In this document: positions 41,636-52,255 of the stretch, one piece after another
Layout of the letters: each line of letters starts with the position of its first letter
Numbering within the stretch: the first letter of the stretch is position 1
Assembly: GCA_016934825.1 (NCBI GenBank)
Contig: JAFGSB010000049.1
Coordinates: 10,045 to 74,044 of the forward strand
DNA length: 64,000 bases
Direction: 5' to 3'
DNA from: Candidatus Zhuqueibacterota bacterium
GTDB taxonomy: Bacteria; Zhuqueibacterota; Zhuqueibacteria; Residuimicrobiales; Krinioviventaceae
Program-made: the position numbers and the translations under genes
Notes under the pieces: generated by a model
Told to the model about the DNA's origin: nothing
Database searches by the model: none
What the model saw: only the letters and a program-made list of their open reading frames with translations

Positions 41636-41660
41636 GGCGGGTATGAACCCGCCTTCTTTA
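41636..41660. terminator. Hairpin between convergent genes (GGCGGGtatgaaCCCGCC followed by TTCTTTAC)
   Basis: GC-rich 6-bp stem 3 nt after the SGNH stop; the T-run is weak. Confidence 0.45.
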
Positions 41661-41662
41661 CA

Positions 41663-42511
41663 CTAAATCACGGCTAACACGCCTTTTATATAGCCAATTG
41701 ACTCCGCCGCTCCGGCCAAAGGATCATCCTCATCTTTTTCATATTCCAGTGAAACCTTGCCCGTGTAACCCAGCTTTAACAGGGTTCCCAAAAATTTGGG
41801 GATGTCAATGATACCGCGGCCTATTTCCACGGTTGTCCCCTCTTTGGTGGAAGCGGAAACATCTTTGATGTGAACATCCAGCAGCCGGTCAAAATACTTT
41901 TCCGTTTCCACGGACGGATCCAGCCCGATTCGCTGTGTATGACCGATGTCCATGCACAATCCGATACGTTTGTCCAGGTTTTTGACGCGTTCGTAAACAT
42001 CACTCGGCGCCGGGTAACGTTCATCTCCGGGTCCGTGATTATGGATCGCAACGATGATATCATATTCCTGTACTTTTTCGTTGACCAGCTCCAGCAAATT
42101 ATGTTCGGGAACGCCGATGATCACTTTCATACCGGCCGCTTTGGCGTAATTAAAAGCCTGGTTAACCTGCTCTTCATTAGCCATGTAAACAACACCGCAG
42201 CCATACAAATCCAGACCGGCTTCCCTGGTTTTGGCCGCAGCGGCTTTTATTTCTTCCTCGGTGCTTTCCAGGGGTAAATGCATGCTTTTGAAAGCAATAT
42301 GCTTCAATCCAAGCTTGTTTGTCATGGCCAACGTATCATCCAGACTAAATTTCCGAAATGTGTAGGAAGCCATTCCTAAATTTAATCTTTTATAGCCTTC
42401 CGGTTTTGTGATCACGTCCTTGTTGGCGCACGATGTACCATAAACCAGTGCTCCGGCGGTTGCGCCAATACCTGCCGTTCGAAAAAACTCTCTTCGTGAT
42501 TGTTGAGACAT
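41663..42511 (-). CDS. Tat-exported sugar phosphate isomerase/epimerase (xylose-isomerase-like TIM barrel)
   Basis: Twin-arginine signal 'SRREFFRTAGIGATAGALV'; xylose-isomerase-fold blocks with 'HNHGPGDERY' and '…LEYEKDEDDPLAG…'. Confidence 0.8.
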   Translation of the reverse strand: MSQQSRREFFRTAGIGATAGALVYGTSCANKDVITKPEGYKRLNLGMASYTFRKFSLDDTLAMTNKLGLKHIAFKSMHLPLESTEEEIKAAAAKTREAGLDLYGCGVVYMANEEQVNQAFNYAKAAGMKVIIGVPEHNLLELVNEKVQEYDIIVAIHNHGPGDERYPAPSDVYERVKNLDKRIGLCMDIGHTQRIGLDPSVETEKYFDRLLDVHIKDVSASTKEGTTVEIGRGIIDIPKFLGTLLKLGYTGKVSLEYEKDEDDPLAGAAESIGYIKGVLAVI

Positions 42512-42821
42512 ATCTTTCCCTCCACTTGGAAAATTGAAATGAATTATTAATATTAAAATAATGTTAAAATTTTAAAAGTCAATAAAAATTTAAACCGGTT
42601 CAATTAATTTTTAAATTTTTTCCCGGATCACCTTCCTGTTAAACCGAATTCCGATAATTCATTTAAAAATAAAAATGTTTGCCCGGCTGAAGTAATAATT
42701 TGCATAAATTATATAGAATATATACATTATTAATCATATAAACTACATTCTCAAATTATCTCTATTACAGGTAAACGAACATTTTACCACAACCAACAAA
42801 CAATTTATGGAGACTGGATAA

Positions 42822-44117
42822 ATGATAAAGAACCTGATATACGGCATTTTAATAGTCGAGCTTTTTAAAATTTTCATAGTAAATGTTTTTGCCCAGCCGG
42901 AAGGGACTAATTATGATGAATCGCTGGTCCCGCAATTTGTTTTACCTGATGTTTTGGTCATGAGCGACGGGTCGCCTGTAACCGACGCCAAAACCTGGAT
43001 GGAAAAACGACGTCCCGAAATTTTCAAACTTTTTGAACAGCAGGTTTACGGCAAAGCCCCCGGCAAACCCGGGAAAATGCGCTTTAAAATAAATTCTTTT
43101 AATAAAAACGCTCTGGACGGAACAGCCATACAAAAACAGGTATCTATCTATTTTACCGGGAATAAAAACGGACCGAAAATGGATATGCTGATTTATCTTC
43201 CGAAAAACATTAAAAAACCTGCGCCGGTCTTTATAGCGTTGAATTTTAACGGCAATCATACAATTCAACCCGATCCGAATATCACGATAACCAGTCAGTG
43301 GGTCAGGAACAATGCGGAATATGGGATCACAGACCATATAAGCAATGAAAAAGCCCGTGGTATGAGCGCCAGCCGCTGGCCGGTGCAACAGATACTGGAA
43401 CGCGGTTACGCACTTGCCACGATCTATTACGGTGATATTGATCCCGACTATGACGACGGATTTCAGAACGGCGTCCATCCCCTGTTTTACAAAAAAGGGC
43501 AAACACAACCGGCACCGGATGAATGGGGTACTATTGCGGCATGGGCATGGGGATTAAGCCGGGCCATGGATTATTTTGAAAAGGATAAAGATATAAATCA
43601 AAAACAGGTAGTACTTTTGGGACATTCGCGGCTGGGTAAAACCGCACTCTGGGCCGGCGCAGCGGACAAGCGGTTTGCGATCGTTATTTCAAATGATTCC
43701 GGCTGCGGCGGCGCGGCGCTGTCCAGAAGACGATTTGGTGAAACCGTCGAACGTATCAATACCGTTTTTCCGCACTGGTTCTGCGGTAACTTTAACGCCT
43801 ATAATAATAACGAAGATTCCCTGCCGGTGGACCAGCACATGCTGATTGCCCTGATCGCCCCCCGCCCCGTTTACGTGGCAAGCGCGGAAGAAGACCTGTG
43901 GGCAGACCCGAAAGGTGAATTTTTGTCGGCTAAATATGCAGGACCGGTTTACCAATTGCTGGGCGCCGAAGCACTGGCAGCCGACAATATGCCGGGTCCG
44001 GGACAACCCGTTATGAACACAATCGGCTACCATATACGCCCGGGTAAACACGATGTTACTTTATACGACTGGGAACGGTATATGGATTTTGCCGATTTAC
44101 ATTTTCGTAAAAAATAA
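42822..44117 (+). CDS. Secreted alpha/beta-hydrolase, likely a CE15-type glucuronoyl esterase
   Basis: Signal peptide; '[21 protein letters not shown]' resembles the CE15 G-C-S-R-x-G nucleophile motif, followed by 'SGCGGAAL'. Confidence 0.5.
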   Translation: MIKNLIYGILIVELFKIFIVNVFAQPEGTNYDESLVPQFVLPDVLVMSDGSPVTDAKTWMEKRRPEIFKLFEQQVYGKAPGKPGKMRFKINSFNKNALDGTAIQKQVSIYFTGNKNGPKMDMLIYLPKNIKKPAPVFIALNFNGNHTIQPDPNITITSQWVRNNAEYGITDHISNEKARGMSASRWPVQQILERGYALATIYYGDIDPDYDDGFQNGVHPLFYKKGQTQPAPDEWGTIAAWAWGLSRAMDYFEKDKDINQKQVVLLGHSRLGKTALWAGAADKRFAIVISNDSGCGGAALSRRRFGETVERINTVFPHWFCGNFNAYNNNEDSLPVDQHMLIALIAPRPVYVASAEEDLWADPKGEFLSAKYAGPVYQLLGAEALAADNMPGPGQPVMNTIGYHIRPGKHDVTLYDWERYMDFADLHFRKK

Positions 44118-44183
44118 ACCCGATAATCAACAGATCAGGTTTAACGAAAATTTCTTCATTTTATTATTAACAGGGAGGAAAAA

Positions 44184-44684
44184 ATGATAAAGCCTGTAAA
44201 CTCATTAGGTAAATATTTTATTATTTTAATACTTTCCACGCTTTTTCTTTCAATCTCCTGCAGACGATCGGCGTCGTATGATAAAATGAAACCGCTCATT
44301 GAAGAATATGTCAAAGTATGGAACACCGGTAACGTTGAATCTCTGAATGAACTGACCGATCCACAGTTCAAATTATGTATGCCCCCTGATTATGTGGTAA
44401 TCAGCGGGCGCGATTCACTGAAATCCGTTATCAGGGATACCAGAAAAAGTTTCCCCGATTTTTTTATCGTGATTCAGGATGAAATTTTATCTTCGGATAA
44501 GGGATTGGCGGTAAACTGGACTATCACCGCAACACATAACGGCAGGAAAATCATTTCCAACGGTTTTAGTGTAATCACTTTCTCCGAGGGCAGGATCACC
44601 GGCGAATGGATTGCATACAGCGATTTGAAATGGATAAGACAAATGGGATTTACCATTATTCCGCCGAAGGAACAGCTTGAATAA
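44184..44684 (+). CDS. SnoaL-like / NTF2-fold protein (predicted ester cyclase family) with lipoprotein-like signal
   Basis: 'YVKVWNTGNVESLNELTDPQF' is the SnoaL-like signature; N-terminus 'ILILSTLFLSISC'. Confidence 0.55.
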   Translation: MIKPVNSLGKYFIILILSTLFLSISCRRSASYDKMKPLIEEYVKVWNTGNVESLNELTDPQFKLCMPPDYVVISGRDSLKSVIRDTRKSFPDFFIVIQDEILSSDKGLAVNWTITATHNGRKIISNGFSVITFSEGRITGEWIAYSDLKWIRQMGFTIIPPKEQLE

Positions 44685-45327
44685 TTTTGAGGACCAAATG
44701 CACAAAACCGAAATTATGATTATAAACATCGGATTAGTAATTCTGATCCCGCTGATGATTTTCGTTTTCGGTTGGTGGCTTTCGGCTTCACTTTTTATTT
44801 TTAAGGTTTTCCCCCTGCCCGAATCCTATATTATCATTTCAGCCGGCACGGGTTTACTTTTCGGAATTTTTATTGATATTTTTTATTTAAAAAAAATCAC
44901 CCGATTATTTTATGCGATTAAGAATATTTACCTGATACCGGTCTATTTGTTTTGCTCACTGATAGCGGTTGCATTATTTATGGGCCTGCCGGTTGCCAAT
45001 CTCGTATTGGGAGTAACAGCCGGATTATATACTGGCAGAAAGTATTACAACCTTAATCGTAGACCGGAGAGATTCATATCAGCGGCAAAAGAAACATCAT
45101 ATTTTACCGCTTTCGTAACCGGTGTTGAGGCGCTGCCGATAGGCTTGCTGGCGCTTCAGGATATATCGATTATTGGAAACCTGCAATCGTTATTTCAATT
45201 TAAACTGAATACGGCAAATTTAACAATTGATATTATATTAGTACTTTTACTGTGTTCGCTGCTTTTTATTATTCAGTATCGTTTGACAAAATTCGCGGCT
45301 GAATTTGCCTATCGAATTAAAACATAG
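44677..45327 (+). CDS. Hypothetical integral membrane protein
   Basis: 5–6 predicted TM helices, no motifs; overlaps the upstream gene by 8 nt. Confidence 0.5.
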   Translation: MNNFEDQMHKTEIMIINIGLVILIPLMIFVFGWWLSASLFIFKVFPLPESYIIISAGTGLLFGIFIDIFYLKKITRLFYAIKNIYLIPVYLFCSLIAVALFMGLPVANLVLGVTAGLYTGRKYYNLNRRPERFISAAKETSYFTAFVTGVEALPIGLLALQDISIIGNLQSLFQFKLNTANLTIDIILVLLLCSLLFIIQYRLTKFAAEFAYRIKT

Positions 45328-45376
45328 CTTTTTTAAAGACAATTCATAATTCCTTCTGCTAAAGGGCTATTCAATT

Positions 45377-46222
45377 ATGATTATCAGAGAAATGACTCCG
45401 GCGGACATAAATTTCGCATATGCCTGCACGCAGGCGGAGGGTTGGAAAAGCGAAACAGAAGAAGATTTTAAAGGATTTTTGGATTACGATCCCAAAGGCT
45501 GTTTCGTTGCCGAGGATCAGTCTGTACGAATCGGAATATGCATAGCCACCGCGTACAGGGAATGCGGATTTATCGGTGAATTGATCATCATAAAAGAAAA
45601 ACGAGGCCGGGGATACGGCACCCGGTTATTTGATTTTGCAGTCAGGTATTTATCGGCTAAAGGAATAAAAAATATTTACCTTGAAGGCGACCTTGCTGCC
45701 GTACCCATTTATGAAAAAGCGGGGTTTAGGAAAATCGTCAGGTCGCTTCGATTTGTCGGTAAAATCCGGGGCCAAAAATATTCGAACGTCCGCAAGGTCA
45801 CCCCGGAAGATTTAGCCACGATCTGCATAATTGATCGTGAGTTATTTGGCGAGAACCGCGGTTATTTTCTTGAACGTCGTTTTTCATTATACCCCGATTT
45901 ATGTTTTGTACATGAAAGAAATAACAGGATAAACGGTTACCTTATGGCCCGCCCCGGTTTTGAAGTGATATCCGTTGGTCCCTGGGCCATGCTGGATTCA
46001 ATTGATTATGGCGAAGCCCTGCTTGCCGGGTTAAGTCTGGAAACCGGTGAGCAAGAATTAAGGATCGGTGTTTTTGAATCGAATCAAAGTGCGGCCGGAA
46101 TAATCAAATCCATGCGAACATTTGCAGAAAAAGAGTACTGCTGGCGAATGGTTCTCGGACCACAGGAAAATCTGGGGATGGATCGACATCTTTTTGCCAT
46201 TGGCTCCGCAGCGAAAGGGTAA
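45377..46222 (+). CDS. GNAT-family N-acetyltransferase (N-terminal GNAT plus C-terminal accessory domain)
   Basis: 'GELIIIKEKRGRGYGTRLFDFAV' is the GNAT motif A (R/Q-x-x-G-x-G/A). Confidence 0.65.
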   Translation: MIIREMTPADINFAYACTQAEGWKSETEEDFKGFLDYDPKGCFVAEDQSVRIGICIATAYRECGFIGELIIIKEKRGRGYGTRLFDFAVRYLSAKGIKNIYLEGDLAAVPIYEKAGFRKIVRSLRFVGKIRGQKYSNVRKVTPEDLATICIIDRELFGENRGYFLERRFSLYPDLCFVHERNNRINGYLMARPGFEVISVGPWAMLDSIDYGEALLAGLSLETGEQELRIGVFESNQSAAGIIKSMRTFAEKEYCWRMVLGPQENLGMDRHLFAIGSAAKG

Positions 46223-46435
46223 CTGAACAGGAGACTTAATTTCCTGCAGACACTTTTCAAGTGACAGCACATTTTTTCTATTTATCTTTTTAAAAGCCGT
46301 TTGCTAAAAATGATCTAACCTGATTGCAATTATACCCGGAGTGAATTACTCCGTATAAAATAAATAACATAATCGTACTGATATATTATCTTTTGTGTAT
46401 AGAGGCGAGGAATTTTCATTCAAAGGAGGTGTTAT

Positions 46436-46984
46436 ATGTCAGATCAATCTCAACAAATTGCATTACGTATAAAGGATTTGAGAGAAATTTCCGGATTATC
46501 CGCGGCAAGTCTGGCAAAAAAATTAAATATTCCGCTGCCGGAATATCAATCCTATGAATCCGGTACAGTAGATATTCCGGCCGGATTTATATTAAATGTC
46601 GCGCACTATTTTAAAATGGATATGACGACATTATTAACAGGTCAAAATCCGCATCTGCATGTGTATTCTCTGGTCCGTAAGGGAAAAGGAGTTCCGGTGG
46701 AAAGAAAAAAACCTTATATTTATCAAAGCCTGGGTTACCATTTTCAAAAGAAAAAAGTTGAACCGTTCTGGGTTTGTGTTGAACCCTCCTCTGTTGAACC
46801 CGAGATGAATTCTCATCCCGGACAGGAATTTCATTTTATTCTTGAAGGTCAATTACAGGTTACCATTGACGGGCATGATCTTGTTTTGAATGAAGGGGAT
46901 TCCCTTATATTCGATTCGTCCTATCAGCACAGTTTAAAGGCGCTTGACGGCCGGCCCGTAAAATTATTGGTAATGGTTGTGTAA
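46436..46984 (+). CDS. XRE-family HTH plus cupin-domain transcriptional regulator
   Basis: N-terminal '[24 protein letters not shown]' HTH_XRE; C-terminal cupin '[18 protein letters not shown]…GDSLIFDS…H'. Confidence 0.75.
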   Translation: MSDQSQQIALRIKDLREISGLSAASLAKKLNIPLPEYQSYESGTVDIPAGFILNVAHYFKMDMTTLLTGQNPHLHVYSLVRKGKGVPVERKKPYIYQSLGYHFQKKKVEPFWVCVEPSSVEPEMNSHPGQEFHFILEGQLQVTIDGHDLVLNEGDSLIFDSSYQHSLKALDGRPVKLLVMVV

Positions 46985-47007
46985 CAAATATAAGGAAAAT
47001 ATACATC

Positions 47008-48678
47008 ATGATAAAAAAGTTCGTGTCAAAACTGGAATTCGAATCCTATGAAGAATTTTATCAAAATTTCAAAATAAATATTCCGTCTTGTTTCAATTAT
47101 GCATTCGATGTTGTGGATCAAATCGCAATGAAACAGCCGGACAAAACAGCGCTGGTGTGGTGCAATGAAGAAGGCCGCGATGCTGTATTCACATTTCAAC
47201 AAATGAAAACGTACAGTGATAAAGCGGCGAATGTCTTTAACGCTTTGGGAATTCAAAAAGGTGATCCGGTCATGCTGATGTTAAAACGGCGATATGAATT
47301 CTGGTTTTGCCTGTTGGCTCTGCATAAAATTGGCGCGGTATGTATTCCGGCTACACATTTGCTGACGACTAAAGACCTGATTTATCGTAATAATGCGGCC
47401 GATATTAAAATGATCGTCACTGTCAATGACGATAACATTTGTAACAGCGTGGATGACGCTCAACAAAAATCATCTTCCCTGCAATTCAAAATGGTCGTTG
47501 GCGGCAAACGTGAAGGCTGGATTGATTTTGACGGCGCGATCCGGGAAGCTTCTGAAAAATTTACTAGGCCCTCAGGATTGATGGCGACCCAAAACACCGA
47601 CCCGCTTTTATTATATTTTACTTCCGGCACAACCGGAATGCCGAAAATGGTCAAACATAATCATACATACCCGCTGGGACATATTTTAACCGCCTCCTGC
47701 TGGCAAAATGTCACGAACAACGGTTTACATCTTACCGTTGCCGATACTGGCTGGGCCAAAGCAGTATGGGGTAAAATATACGGCCAGTGGATTGGCGGAA
47801 GCGCGGTTTTTGTCTATGATTATGAAAAATTCGATGCCAAAAAACTGCTAGGCATTATTGAAAAATATCACATCACATCCTTTTGCGCGCCGCCGACCAT
47901 ATACAGGTTTTTTATTAAAGAGGACCTGTCGCAATTTAATTTTGAACATTTAGAATATTGTGTTATCGCAGGCGAACCGCTGAACCCGGAAGTATATCAC
48001 CAATGGCTGAAAGCGACCGGTTTAAGGCTGATGGAAGGATACGGTCAAACAGAGATGACGGTGGCCATTGCCAATTTTCCCTGGATGGAACCGCGACCGG
48101 GGTCGATGGGTAAACCGTCGCCGGGTTATGATATCGATATTGTCGATGAAAACGGTGTTTCCTGTCCTGTTGGTGAAGAAGGTCAGATCGTGATTCGCAC
48201 GGAGAAAATTAAACCGGCGGGCATGTTTGACGGTTATTACAGGGATGAAGAATTAACCCTTTCGAACTGGCATGACAATATTTATTATACCGGTGACAAT
48301 GCATGGCGGGATGAAGACGGGTATTACTGGTTTGTCGGCCGGGCGGATGATGTCATTAAAAGCTCGGGGTATCGTATCGGTCCCTTTGAAGTTGAAAGTA
48401 TACTGCTGGAACATCCTGCAGTTCTTGAATGCGCGGTGACGGGCGCGCCGGACCCGATCAGGGGACATGTCGTCAAAGCGACAATTGTTTTGACAAAAGA
48501 CTATACTCCCAACGAAGCGATGGTGTTGGAATTACAGGAGCATGTTAAAAAAACGACCGCCCCATATAAATATCCGCGGATAATTGAATTTGTGGAAAAT
48601 TTGCCAAAAACGATAAGCGGTAAAATCCGCCGCGTGCAGATTCGCGACCAGGACGAACATGATCCGGACGAAAATTAA
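47008..48678 (+). CDS. Medium-chain-type acyl-CoA synthetase (AMP-forming)
   Basis: '[16 protein letters not shown]', 'GYGQTE', '[26 protein letters not shown]', 'ISGKIRR' adenylate-forming blocks. Confidence 0.85.
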   Translation: MIKKFVSKLEFESYEEFYQNFKINIPSCFNYAFDVVDQIAMKQPDKTALVWCNEEGRDAVFTFQQMKTYSDKAANVFNALGIQKGDPVMLMLKRRYEFWFCLLALHKIGAVCIPATHLLTTKDLIYRNNAADIKMIVTVNDDNICNSVDDAQQKSSSLQFKMVVGGKREGWIDFDGAIREASEKFTRPSGLMATQNTDPLLLYFTSGTTGMPKMVKHNHTYPLGHILTASCWQNVTNNGLHLTVADTGWAKAVWGKIYGQWIGGSAVFVYDYEKFDAKKLLGIIEKYHITSFCAPPTIYRFFIKEDLSQFNFEHLEYCVIAGEPLNPEVYHQWLKATGLRLMEGYGQTEMTVAIANFPWMEPRPGSMGKPSPGYDIDIVDENGVSCPVGEEGQIVIRTEKIKPAGMFDGYYRDEELTLSNWHDNIYYTGDNAWRDEDGYYWFVGRADDVIKSSGYRIGPFEVESILLEHPAVLECAVTGAPDPIRGHVVKATIVLTKDYTPNEAMVLELQEHVKKTTAPYKYPRIIEFVENLPKTISGKIRRVQIRDQDEHDPDEN

Positions 48679-48915
48679 TAAATTTAACAGCTAAAGTAAA
48701 ACGGCCTGCAAATTGATCTTTATGCCGGTATAGTTGTTCTAAAGATATAATTTCAATTAAAAACCCGATTGCCCGGTATCTCGGATTCCGGGCAAAAAAA
48801 AGTGATCGCAAAATCGCCCTTAATTTGATCCTGCATTTTTGAAATACAATTGTCCAAATTATCCGTTAACCGAAAACTGGTTTATAATTGTCTGTTATCA
48901 TAATATATTTGTCAA

Positions 48916-49512
48916 TTGGTTAGAATATCAAAAATATTATTTTCCCTGCTCTTCGGTCTTTTTATAGTTGGCCTGCCCTGGTTTGTACGGCAGCATAAAT
49001 ATAATTTTGAAACGCAGCCGTTGATCGGTGATCCTGTTGACAGTCATCTCGGTATCCCGGTATATTATAACGGCAAAAATTTTTCAAAGAGTTATGGCGA
49101 CCATTTCAGCTCCGATGGATATTATTACGGACAAAAATGGCAATGTGTCGAATATGTCAAGAGATTTTATTGCCAGGCGCTTTCCCATAAAATGCCGAAT
49201 GTTTGGGGACATGCCAGGGATTTTTATGATCCGACAACCAACCACGCAAAAATGAACGATCAAAGGGGGCTTGTGCAATATCAAAATGGCGGCAATGTAA
49301 AACCCGCAGTGAATGACCTGATCGTGTTTACAGCACCGCGATACGGCCATGTCGCCATTATTACTTCTGTGAATAACAAATCCATTGAAATTATTCAACA
49401 GAATGTATTCGGGAAAACGCGGCAGCGGCTTAAACTCATTAAACGAAATAATAATTATTATGTTATTTGTTCAATGCAGGCGGCGGGTTGGCTTAGATTA
49501 AAAACAGAATAA
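48916..49512 (+). CDS. CHAP-domain (Cys/His-dependent amidohydrolase/peptidase) protein with N-terminal membrane anchor
   Basis: Cys motif 'GQKWQCVEYVKRFY' and His motif 'YGHVAIITSV'. Confidence 0.55.
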   Translation: MVRISKILFSLLFGLFIVGLPWFVRQHKYNFETQPLIGDPVDSHLGIPVYYNGKNFSKSYGDHFSSDGYYYGQKWQCVEYVKRFYCQALSHKMPNVWGHARDFYDPTTNHAKMNDQRGLVQYQNGGNVKPAVNDLIVFTAPRYGHVAIITSVNNKSIEIIQQNVFGKTRQRLKLIKRNNNYYVICSMQAAGWLRLKTE

Positions 49513-50025
49513 TTATACAGGTAGTATACCGATTTAAAAATTAATATTTCAATTTTATGTTGTCATTCATAGAAAAAAGAATTATTTTCATATATTAGAT
49601 ATTTTAACAACACTGTGACAGGTTGAAAAATTTAAGTATATTAACTCAAAACAAGGTTGTTAAAAAAAGTCATTAGACAACCGTTCTTGATTTAAAAAAA
49701 ATTAATCCTTTTGGGGCATGCCCCCGCCCGAACAGTTAACAGACAATATATTTTTATCCGGTTATGTATTCTGAAAATTATTTATTCAATTCCAACTGTA
49801 AAAACGTAACTGTTTTTCCAACAACCAATTATTTTCGATTACACAGTTATTTGTATCGGCCGATGTCGCGATTATTTGAAAAATATATATCCCGATATTT
49901 TTTAAAAAAGAAACTATTTGGGGGGTATCATTTTTAACAAGTATTTTTAAATAGAAAAATTTTCATTTTACTACGGAGATAAAAACCGTCAATATTCCCA
50001 ATTGAATAACATGCATAAATCACTG

Positions 50026-50048
50026 GTGTCCGGTTTACGGACACCACT
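50026..50048. repeat. Perfect 9-bp stem hairpin TGGTGTCCG-gttta-CGGACACCA (copy 1 of a GTCCGG…CCGGACAC motif)
   Basis: Seen directly in the intergenic region ~200 bp upstream of the Na/Pi cotransporter gene. Confidence 0.5.
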
Positions 50049-50176
50049 CCCTGGTCAGGCTTACAAGTTAAATAAAATCAGGGTAAATAACTAAAAATTT
50101 TATTTTCTCCCATACAAATCAATTAATGATGTCATATTCGAAAACGTTAATAATAAAAACATATTACGAGTGTCGC

Positions 50177-50194
50177 GTCCGGGTTTACCCGGAC
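50177..50194. repeat. Related hairpin GTCCGGG-ttta-CCCGGAC (copy 2)
   Basis: Same GTCCGG(G)TTTAC(C)CGGACAC core, 150 bp after copy 1 and 45 bp before the Na/Pi gene start. Confidence 0.5.
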
Positions 50195-50239
50195 ACTGGT
50201 TTACATAGATAAATATTTAATTAGAAAACAGGAGCCTTT

Positions 50240-51877
50240 GTGGAGTTTCAATTTATTCTTGAAATGTGTATACAGGTGGTTGGAGGATTGGGCTTATTCC
50301 TTTTCGGTATGAAGCAAATGTCGGAAGGAATGCAGGCGGTAGCCGGAGCGAGAATTCGTTATTTAATCGGAAAAGTTACCAATAACCGAATATTGGGTGT
50401 CGGTATAGGGGCCTCAATTACAGCTCTCATTCAATCCAGTTCCGTCACAACGGTAATGGTAGTGGGCATGGTCAATGCGGGTTTGATGACCCTTCAACAA
50501 AGTATTGGCGTAATAATGGGGGCCGATATAGGTACTACTATCACCGCATGGTTGATTTCTTTAAAAATCGCGGACTTTGGATTACCCATTCTGGGACTGT
50601 CAGCATTTTTCTATCTTTTTTCAAAAAATGATAAAATTCGTTATTCGGCCATGATGTTTTTAGGGCTTGGCATGGTGTTTTTCGGTCTGGAACTGATGAA
50701 ATTTGGATTTATGCCGTTACGCGACAACCAGGCATTTATTTCATTGCTGTCCAAATTTGAACCGGATTCCTATTTCGGCATCATAAAATGTGTTTTAGTG
50801 GGAGCATTTGTCACAGCAATTATTCAATCCTCATCTGCGACTGTTGCGATAACAATCACACTGGCAAGAACCGGTGTAATCGGTTATGATACCGCAGTCG
50901 CACTGGTTCTTGGTGAAAACATCGGAACAACGATTACAGCCTTTCTTGCTTCACTGGGTACAAATACAAATGCCAAACGTGCTGCATATGCCCATATAAC
51001 CATTAAAGTTTTGGGAGTCATGTTAATGATCCCGGTCTTTAGTCTTTATATATCCTTTTTGAAATTCGTTTTATCGGAAAATATTGATATCTCTGCGCGG
51101 ATTGCTTTTGCGCATTCCTTCTTTAATATTTTAATTGTTTGCATTTTTATATCATTTGTAACCCCGCTTGCCCGGTTTCTCAGTATCTTGGTCCCGGATA
51201 AAAAACACAAACAAAAACGCCATCTAACTTATTTCGATGTTCGCATGCTGGATGCTCCGGCGCTGGGCGTAAAACAATCCTTATATGAAGTCGTGCGAAT
51301 GGGTGAAGCGGTGCAAAAAATGAATTTTTGGTTGTACGATTTTTTATTCAAGAAAAAAGACAATTTGAAGGAAAAACTTGTTAACCGGGAAAGAATGTTG
51401 GATGTTATGCAAAAAGAAATTGTCGAATTTATCAATAAACTGATGAGCGGGAGCCTGTCAAGCGACGCAACATTGGAGGTAAGAAAGCAATTAAGAATGG
51501 CCGATGAATATGAATCCATAAGTGATGAAATTATCATAATTATGAAATTAAATGTAAAGATGAAAAAAAGAGGACTCAAGTTTTCAAAACAGGATAAAGC
51601 CGATATAATCGAGTTACATAAATTAGTTGCCTTGCATGTTGCGGATGTAAGTCAGGCAGTCAAGATAAACAACGGAAACTTTCTTACCAAATCGATGAAT
51701 GACGGCAAAAAAATTAATCATATGATCAAAGAACACCGTGCAAGACATTTAAACAACCTGGGCACAAAACAGGCCTCCCCCCTGCTCAGTTTGTTATATA
51801 CCGACATGTTGAATTCCTATAAACGGATCAAGGATCATTCCATCAATATAGCGGAGGCGCTGGCGGGAGAAAAATAA
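50240..51877 (+). CDS. Na+/phosphate cotransporter (NptA-like) with C-terminal PhoU-like domain (GTG start, AGGAG ribosome-binding site)
   Basis: Duplicated Na/Pi-cotransporter repeats ('QSSSVTTVMVVGMVNAG…' and 'QSSSATVAITITLARTG…') and a soluble helical C-terminus. Confidence 0.8.
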   Translation: MEFQFILEMCIQVVGGLGLFLFGMKQMSEGMQAVAGARIRYLIGKVTNNRILGVGIGASITALIQSSSVTTVMVVGMVNAGLMTLQQSIGVIMGADIGTTITAWLISLKIADFGLPILGLSAFFYLFSKNDKIRYSAMMFLGLGMVFFGLELMKFGFMPLRDNQAFISLLSKFEPDSYFGIIKCVLVGAFVTAIIQSSSATVAITITLARTGVIGYDTAVALVLGENIGTTITAFLASLGTNTNAKRAAYAHITIKVLGVMLMIPVFSLYISFLKFVLSENIDISARIAFAHSFFNILIVCIFISFVTPLARFLSILVPDKKHKQKRHLTYFDVRMLDAPALGVKQSLYEVVRMGEAVQKMNFWLYDFLFKKKDNLKEKLVNRERMLDVMQKEIVEFINKLMSGSLSSDATLEVRKQLRMADEYESISDEIIIIMKLNVKMKKRGLKFSKQDKADIIELHKLVALHVADVSQAVKINNGNFLTKSMNDGKKINHMIKEHRARHLNNLGTKQASPLLSLLYTDMLNSYKRIKDHSINIAEALAGEK

Positions 51878-51912
51878 AATATTTAAATAGTCAATTAATA
51901 AATGATATTGAA

Positions 51913-52182
51913 ATGAATAAATCACACTTTTTCAGATGTTTGAATTTTGTTTTTTCACTATCGCTTTTTTTAATTGCTCATTGTCATAATGCGCCGGTTG
52001 AATCAGACGATAACACTATTTATTCATTTGATCTCTCGCAACTTGCCTCAGGAAAACCTGAATTAACTACTATTTCCGCAACAAATGTTTGGGAACATAC
52101 GGCGCTTTTGTTCCGTACCGATTCCGCGCACAATACTATCATTCTCACAACCGACGCTGACAGTCACCTCAGGGCTTCTTGA
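51913..52182 (+). CDS. Small hypothetical protein with possible signal peptide
   Basis: ORF only; hydrophobic N-terminus; weak support. Confidence 0.3.
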   Translation: MNKSHFFRCLNFVFSLSLFLIAHCHNAPVESDDNTIYSFDLSQLASGKPELTTISATNVWEHTALLFRTDSAHNTIILTTDADSHLRAS

Positions 52183-52255
52183 TTATCAGGGAATTCAAAC
52201 AGAACGATAAAAGTCAATTGAAAAATTTCACGGGATAATTTGAAAAGGATTAGAA

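Noticed and set aside
48771-48800. GC hairpin GCCCGG…CCGGGC followed by an A8 run, about 100 bp downstream of the acyl-CoA synthetase gene
   Set aside because: The A-run follows the stem rather than a T-run, so it would terminate a minus-strand transcript. No minus-strand gene reads into it, and it could not be assigned confidently.
49713-49724. Perfect 12-nt palindrome GGGGCATGCCCC in the intergenic region
   Set aside because: An isolated short palindrome. No flanking T-run and no second copy, so it is insufficient to call a site.
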